A stretch of 64,000 nt of DNA. Source: Myxococcota bacterium. GTDB taxonomy: Bacteria; Myxococcota_A; UBA796; GCA-2862545. Position 1 is the first letter of the stretch. Every line of letters begins with the position of its first letter. The notes below the pieces were generated by a model that did not search any database, was not told where the DNA came from, and saw only the letters and a program-made list of their open reading frames with translations. The position numbers and the translations under genes are program-made. Below, in pieces: positions 59,080 to 64,000 of this stretch. The stretch is taken from positions 32,001 through 96,000 of the forward strand of contig JBCCQY010000002.1 in assembly GCA_039208735.1 (NCBI GenBank), written 5' to 3'.

Positions 59080-59191
59080 ACAAATTCCTATCACGGCCCG
59101 TTTTCACAAACTTCGGTGCAACGGATTCGTAATTCGCGCGCCCAGCACCATACGTCCTGTTCGCTAGACACCGTCCCCCCGGGGGAGATCC

Positions 59192-60115
59192 ATGAACGCT
59201 CGGACCGAAATGCTCACGATCGAGCCGCGCGCGGCCCTGCCGTCGCCGCTCCACCTCCATCATGGTGGCCAAGTGGCCCGTGGGACGGTCCGCTACTGTT
59301 GTTCCGAGTCGGATGGCCCCCCGTTGGTGTTGCTCGGTGGCGTATCGGCGCATGCCGAGTGGACGTGGTGGCCGCGTATGGTCGGCTCGGGCTTGACCAT
59401 CGATCCCGACCACAACCAGCTCGTCGGCATCGAGTACCTCGATGAACCCACCGTCGATCCGCGCGACCAGGCCCACGCTGTGGTTGCCGTGCTCGATCAC
59501 CTCGGCCTGGACCGGGTGCGGGTGGTCGGCGCGTCCTACGGGGGCATGGTGGCCCTCGCCCTCGGCGAAGTCGCCCCCGAACGCGTCGAACGCATGATGG
59601 TCATCGCCGCTGCCCACCGCCCCCACGCCCTTGGCACCGCATGGCGAACGATTCAGCGGCGCATCCTCGACCTGGCCGTCCATGCGGGCGCAGAACACGA
59701 CGGTGTGGCCCTTGCGCGGGCGTTGGCCATGACCACGTTCCGCAGCCCTCAAGAGTTCGAGAATCGATTCGGCCAGCCCGGCATCGTCAACGCTGGCGAC
59801 GCCCAATTCCCCGTCGACAGCTACCTCAACCACAACGGCGAGCGGTACGCTCGACGGTTTTCCGCGGCCACCTATCGGGCTCTCATCACATCGGTCGATC
59901 TACATCAGGTTGACCCCAAAGCGGTCCCGGTGCCGGTCCACGTTGTGGGCTACACCAACGACGCGCTCGTCCCCCCGTCGATCGTCAAAGAACTGGCCGA
60001 AGGCTTGCCGGATTGCCGGTCGTTGCATCTGCTCGACAGCATTCACGGGCACGATGCCTTCCTCACGGACCCTGAGCCCTTGGCGCCATTGATCAGGGCT
60101 GCCTTGCTAAACTAA
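59192..60115 (+). CDS. metX: Homoserine O-acyltransferase (MetX alpha/beta hydrolase, Xanthomonas-like succinyltransferase type)
   Basis: LGGVSA, WW..MVG, GASYGGMV nucleophile, LARALAMTTFRS..EF..RF, SVDLH, HGHDAFL. Confidence 0.82.
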   Translation: MNARTEMLTIEPRAALPSPLHLHHGGQVARGTVRYCCSESDGPPLVLLGGVSAHAEWTWWPRMVGSGLTIDPDHNQLVGIEYLDEPTVDPRDQAHAVVAVLDHLGLDRVRVVGASYGGMVALALGEVAPERVERMMVIAAAHRPHALGTAWRTIQRRILDLAVHAGAEHDGVALARALAMTTFRSPQEFENRFGQPGIVNAGDAQFPVDSYLNHNGERYARRFSAATYRALITSVDLHQVDPKAVPVPVHVVGYTNDALVPPSIVKELAEGLPDCRSLHLLDSIHGHDAFLTDPEPLAPLIRAALLN

Positions 60116-60121
60116 GGCAGC
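60098..60121. terminator. Hairpin over the metX stop codon (no U-tract)
   Basis: GCTGCCTT-8nt-AAGGCAGC perfect 8-bp stem. Confidence 0.35.
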
Positions 60122-60138
60122 ATGAACCTTCGGTTTTA

Positions 60139-60383
60139 GGGTTGTTGACCGGTCGGGCGCACGGGCTGTGCCGTTCGCCCCATCGTGGCCGGTCGGTTCG
60201 CCCGTTTTGTTCTCAGTTTCTTCACCACCCCATGGATTGGCATCTTGGCAATCTCTGGTCACCACATGGGAAGGCGGTCGGATGGAAAGTCGCCTTTCGG
60301 CCGGGATGGGCGAGACGTAGGCCACCAACGCGACAACAAAGATGGTCCGGTCTGCAATCCTGGCGAACCTCGAACCACAACCC
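60139..60383. ncRNA. Candidate structured non-coding RNA of unknown family
   Basis: Six nested complementary segment pairs spanning the metX-phosphatase intergenic region; no convincing ORF. Confidence 0.4.
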
Positions 60384-60423
60384 CATCCAACTGCTGGGCA
60401 GCGTCGTGATACCAGGGCTCCCA

Positions 60424-61314
60424 ATGATTTGGGCTTTGTTGTTGGCTACGGCGTGTCGAGAATCTGTTGAAGCGAGCGAAACCGCGCCGACCAAACGCGA
60501 CGCACCCCGCATTGTCGCCCTCGGTGACCTCCACGCCGACTACGCTCAGGCCACAAAAGTGTTGGCCGGGGTGGGACTGATCGATGTCGAGGGCCACTGG
60601 GTGGGCGGCAAGGCCGTGCTCGTCCAGACCGGCGACGTCATGGATCGGGGGCCCGACAGCCACAAGCTCATTCGCTTCCTCGCCCGGCTCGCGACCGAAG
60701 CCGAGTCGGCGGGGGGACAGGTCGTTCCGCTGCTCGGAAATCACGAGGTGATGAACCTGCGCGGCGATTGGCGCTACGTCGACACCGCCGATGTGCAGCA
60801 GTACGGCGGCCGGGAGGCCCGTCGGCAGTCGTTGGCTCCCGACGGCGAGGACGGCAAGTACCTCCGGTCTCTGTCGGCAGTCGCGCACATCGATGGCACC
60901 GTGTTTGTGCACGGGGGCGTGCACCCCGACTTTGCGAACCGCCCCCTCGACGAAACCAACGCCGCGATTCGCGCGGCCATCGATGCCCCAGCCGCCCTTC
61001 CTGCGGCCGTTCTCGGCGAACAGGGCCCCTTATGGTACCGCGGCTATGTGCTCGATCCTGAGCCCCAGGCGTGCGCCCGACTCGCCGAGGCCCTCGACCA
61101 ACTCAAGGCCGAACGTATGGTGGTGGGCCACACGACCCAGCGGGACGGTGTGGTGCGGTCTCGCTGTGAGGGACGTCTGTTTGCGATCGACGTTGGCATC
61201 GCGGGGCCGTACGGCCACCACACCGGCGCACTCGAGATCGTGGGAGACGCCGTCACGGCGTTGTACCTCGATCCGGATGGGAGCATTCGTCGCCAGAGCC
61301 TCACCCCGCAGTAG
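60424..61314 (+). CDS. Shewanella-like (Shelph) metallophosphoesterase, predicted lipoprotein
   Basis: GDLHAD, GDVMDRG, GNHE, FVHGG, GPLWYR, VVGHT, IDVG; lipobox ATAC. Confidence 0.9.
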   Translation: MIWALLLATACRESVEASETAPTKRDAPRIVALGDLHADYAQATKVLAGVGLIDVEGHWVGGKAVLVQTGDVMDRGPDSHKLIRFLARLATEAESAGGQVVPLLGNHEVMNLRGDWRYVDTADVQQYGGREARRQSLAPDGEDGKYLRSLSAVAHIDGTVFVHGGVHPDFANRPLDETNAAIRAAIDAPAALPAAVLGEQGPLWYRGYVLDPEPQACARLAEALDQLKAERMVVGHTTQRDGVVRSRCEGRLFAIDVGIAGPYGHHTGALEIVGDAVTALYLDPDGSIRRQSLTPQ

Positions 61315-61335
61315 GATGGGCGCGGGAGGACGGAC

Positions 61336-62637
61336 GTGAAGTCATCCGACGGCCGGGACTTCCGGCTCCAACGCAAGCTCGGCGCAGGCAGCTACGGCGA
61401 GGTGATGCTCGCGACCATCCACTCGTCAGGGAACCTGACCCGCCGGGTGGCGGTGAAGCTGTTGCACCGTGAGCTATCGGCCGATGCCTCACCGGTACGG
61501 CGACTCCGTGACGAAGCGCAGATGCTGGCGAGCCTCGATCATCCGGTGATCTTGTCCGCCCACGAACTCATCCGCCTCGATGGTCGCATGGCGATGGTGT
61601 GCGAGTACGTCGACGGCGTCGACCTCGAGACGTTGATTCAGGGCAAGGACGTGTTGCCCCGGGGTCCTGTGCTCGACATGGTGGAACAGATCGCCGACGC
61701 GCTGCACGTCGCCTGGATGGAGCACCAGATCGTCCATCGTGACGTCAAGCCGTCCAACATTCGCATCGGGCAACATGGCAACGTCAAGCTGCTCGACTTC
61801 GGCTTAGCCCGCAGCGACCTCCGTCCGCGGTCGGCCCACACCACCGAAGGCACCCTGCTCGGGACGCGACCGTACATTGCCCCCGAGTGCTACGACCTCG
61901 ACGATGCTCCGCCGCGACCGTCCTCCGATATTTTCGCGTTGGGCTGCGTGTTGTACGAGGCCTGGACGCGGACTCGCTTCTTCGAAAACCTGGACGGCAC
62001 AGACCTGCTGGCGGTCACGGACACGCCAGCGACCTACCAGCCTTGGCTCGACCGAAGGCTCTCGATCCCGACGCTCGACCCGATCGCGGATCTGCTGGCC
62101 CAAATGCTCGCGTTTGATCCTCGGCATCGCCCCGCCGCCCTCCTTGTGGCCCAGCGCTGCGAACAGATCGCGGCGGATCTTCCGGTGCGACAGACCCTGC
62201 GGCGGTGGGCACGCGAGCGTCGCGACGAGTCCCGTCCGACCGAGCGGGTTTCGCGAGTCGACGCCCAACGGCTCACTGCCATGGCCGACCTCGATGAACC
62301 CTCGACCGCCGTCACCGTCCAAGAGGTCGTAGCGGTGGGGCTGTCCGCTCCGCTCCCGGGGGAGTTGGGCATCGCGACCGCCCCTGCCGTTCAAGCCGTC
62401 GCATCGACCCCGCCGCGTCCCCGCTCGGCCCCCGCCCCGCTCGAGGCCGCGGCAGCCAAACCGGGTCAGGCCACGACGCGCTGGATCGCGCCGGTCATCC
62501 AACGCGGCTCGTCGGATGACCCCACGCCATCAGGCAGTTGGGGTCTCGTGCTGGGGAGCACGTTGCTGCTTGCGCTCTCGGGGGCGTTGCTCGCTGCTGC
62601 GTACCTGACGGGGGCGCTCGACGTGCTGCTTCGCTAA
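61336..62637 (+). CDS. Membrane-anchored Ser/Thr protein kinase (paralog of 26298-27980)
   Basis: GAGSYGEV, VAVK, HRDVKPSN, DFG, GTRPYIAPE; C-terminal TM helix. Confidence 0.92.
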   Translation: MKSSDGRDFRLQRKLGAGSYGEVMLATIHSSGNLTRRVAVKLLHRELSADASPVRRLRDEAQMLASLDHPVILSAHELIRLDGRMAMVCEYVDGVDLETLIQGKDVLPRGPVLDMVEQIADALHVAWMEHQIVHRDVKPSNIRIGQHGNVKLLDFGLARSDLRPRSAHTTEGTLLGTRPYIAPECYDLDDAPPRPSSDIFALGCVLYEAWTRTRFFENLDGTDLLAVTDTPATYQPWLDRRLSIPTLDPIADLLAQMLAFDPRHRPAALLVAQRCEQIAADLPVRQTLRRWARERRDESRPTERVSRVDAQRLTAMADLDEPSTAVTVQEVVAVGLSAPLPGELGIATAPAVQAVASTPPRPRSAPAPLEAAAAKPGQATTRWIAPVIQRGSSDDPTPSGSWGLVLGSTLLLALSGALLAAAYLTGALDVLLR

Positions 62638-62638
62638 G

Positions 62639-63424
62639 TCAGCGCGCGAGCCAAGCGTACAGCGCTTCGTCTTGAGCCACCAAGCCGTCGATGAGCAGAT
62701 TTAGGGCCGTAGCCTCGGGAACCTCAACCCCCACGATCGCGGCATCGACCCACACGGACTGCAACCGCACGAGCCCACGTGACGTAGGAACATTGGCAGA
62801 AAGGAAGAACTGGTCGTCCACCCGGAAGATGTTGAGGTTGACGTCGGCGGGCTCACGCAGCCAAGACCGGGTCAACATCGCGGGTCCCGCTTCCGTCTCG
62901 ACCCACCGGTACTGGGCGGTGTTCTTCGTCGTCAGCTCGAGGGACAGCGGCAACCGCGTCACCGTGTCGTTGTCAACAACGAGTTCGTCGCACTCCCGGC
63001 TCACGAAGCAGTTGGGGTCGCTGCGGAAGTTCGAATCCCAGCGGACGTAGTCATCGGGGTAAATCGTGGTTTGATCTTCGAGCAGGAACGCGGAGGCCAG
63101 ATCCAGGACGGAGGCCTGACTCAAGGTGGTGACCGCGCCCCCCACGAGCTTCGCGGCATCTCGCTCGCGCTGCACCTCAAGGGCATCGAGCGAAGCCTGC
63201 GACAACAGCTCGATCGTGTAGCCCTCATTGGCCTCATCGAGGTTCGCTTCGAGCCATGCGGCGAGGTTCTCGACCCCTGCCTCGAGGCCCTGCTGTTCAT
63301 CGGTGCCTAGATCCTCGAAGAGGAAGGCCGACAGGGCTTCGAACTCGGCGGGGGCCTCGGGCGGCGCCCGACAAGCCGTCACCAGCAAGAGCAAAGCCCA
63401 CGAACGGATGTCAGTTGCGTACAT
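62639..63424 (-). CDS. Hypothetical lipoprotein
   Basis: Lipobox VTAC; 261-aa ORF with typical codon usage. Confidence 0.7.
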   Translation of the reverse strand: MYATDIRSWALLLLVTACRAPPEAPAEFEALSAFLFEDLGTDEQQGLEAGVENLAAWLEANLDEANEGYTIELLSQASLDALEVQRERDAAKLVGGAVTTLSQASVLDLASAFLLEDQTTIYPDDYVRWDSNFRSDPNCFVSRECDELVVDNDTVTRLPLSLELTTKNTAQYRWVETEAGPAMLTRSWLREPADVNLNIFRVDDQFFLSANVPTSRGLVRLQSVWVDAAIVGVEVPEATALNLLIDGLVAQDEALYAWLAR

Positions 63425-63452
63425 GGCCCGATGGTACCACTCGCCTCACCAT

Positions 63453-63598
63453 TCAAGGCAGAACCACCTGCTTCGCTGAGACGCGGTTGTGCTCCATGTC
63501 GTCGTGGGCCTTGGCGGCTCAGGAAGCGGAACCTCACGAATCTTCAAGTTGCTGGCCGGCCCAGGCGCGTCCAGGACCACGGCTTTCATCGTCTTCAT
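63453..63598 (-). pseudogene. Internally deleted MDR (zinc-binding dehydrogenase/quinone reductase-like) gene remnant
   Basis: N-terminus MKTMKAVVLDAPGPASNLKIREVPLPEP joined out of frame to C-terminus AHDDMEHNRVSAKQVVLP*. Confidence 0.72.
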
Positions 63599-64000
63599 GC
63601 GGCAACGCTCCCCGTTCGAGCCCCCGCCAGACCCCCAGCGACAACACGCCAAGGACTCCTGTGCTCGTGAGCATTGTCGCATCGTCCGTGACGTCGGCGA
63701 GCCAGCCCGCCACCGGCACAAGCATCAACTTCGTGAGGTCCCACAACGCGGTGAATAAGGCCATGGCACTGCCGCGAAGGTCAGCCTGCGCGCGGTTGAC
63801 GACCTGCCCCGTGAGCACGGGAAAGGCAAACCCGTGGCCTAATCCTGCAAACAACCCCGCAACCAAGAAACCGGTGCCGCTTGCGGCCCACGCTACGCCA
63901 AACACCCCCACCGCGTACGACAACAACGAGGGCACGACCATGCGGGAGGGACCCACTCGCTCGGGGAGTCTCGCCCCAAACAACCGCACCGTCACCGCTC
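63534..64000 (-). CDS. MFS transporter, 5' truncated by window
   Basis: RLFGARLPERVG, GLGHGFAFP, RGSAMALF; hydrophobic helices. Confidence 0.82.
   Translation of the reverse strand, partial: AVTVRLFGARLPERVGPSRMVVPSLLSYAVGVFGVAWAASGTGFLVAGLFAGLGHGFAFPVLTGQVVNRAQADLRGSAMALFTALWDLTKLMLVPVAGWLADVTDDATMLTSTGVLGVLSLGVWRGLERGALPHEDDESRGPGRAWAGQQLEDS

Noticed and set aside
59110..59191. SAM riboswitch upstream of metX (GGTGC/GCACC stem, GATTC, GCTAGA, C/G-run hairpin over the SD)
   Set aside because: Only partly SAM-II-like; the required pairing segment does not match and no SAM-I core is present; needs cmscan
60260..60320. RNase P, cobalamin riboswitch or group II intron domain V (GGAAAGTC, TGGGAAGG)
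   Set aside because: Only short word matches; the other conserved elements are absent
1..64000. Prophage, IS, integron, CRISPR, tRNA/rRNA or a recognisable anti-phage defence island
   Set aside because: No integrase, transposase, phage structural, cas or known defence motifs and no tRNA-like cloverleaf recognised by eye

Overview
A GC-rich bacterial chromosomal segment with about 57 densely packed genes. It is most likely from Myxococcota, given multiple Hanks-type Ser/Thr kinases, FHA, PEGA and FGE domains, Cys-rich repeats, a poly(Asp-Ala) lipoprotein linker and bshCBA. In order it carries: a PBP-domain regulator plus modABC; a TetR-controlled SDR/acyl-CoA dehydrogenase/BKACE module with a clear operator; an HTTM pair; alkZ- and alkA-like glycosylases around a giant CsgG-like/double-FGE protein; a VPG(U/C)xxT thioredoxin-like protein and a cytochrome c peroxidase; a CmcJ/NvfI oxygenase; a kinase/FHA signalling cluster; two tad (tadG/tadE) loci; bacillithiol genes divergent from a small ORF-SSS-DUF2911 unit; a Cu monooxygenase, strictosidine synthase-like, vWA and CRTAC1-like proteins; fumC; a stand-alone infC; alpha-2-macroglobulin; an RNB nuclease; metX; a Shelph phosphatase with a kinase; and an MFS gene. 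I saw no tRNA, rRNA, CRISPR array, transposase or reverse transcriptase. The most interesting signals are non-coding or below the ORF cutoff: (1) an infC leader with an SD-led AUC-initiated uORF ending 2 nt before the infC AUG; (2) an approximately 250-nt fully nested structured RNA candidate after metX; (3) paired GCAAG direct repeats around an FHA-wHTH/kinase locus; (4) an in-frame TGA between two co-linear ORFs; (5) an internally deleted dehydrogenase pseudogene. All family calls come from motif recognition by eye; no searches were run.
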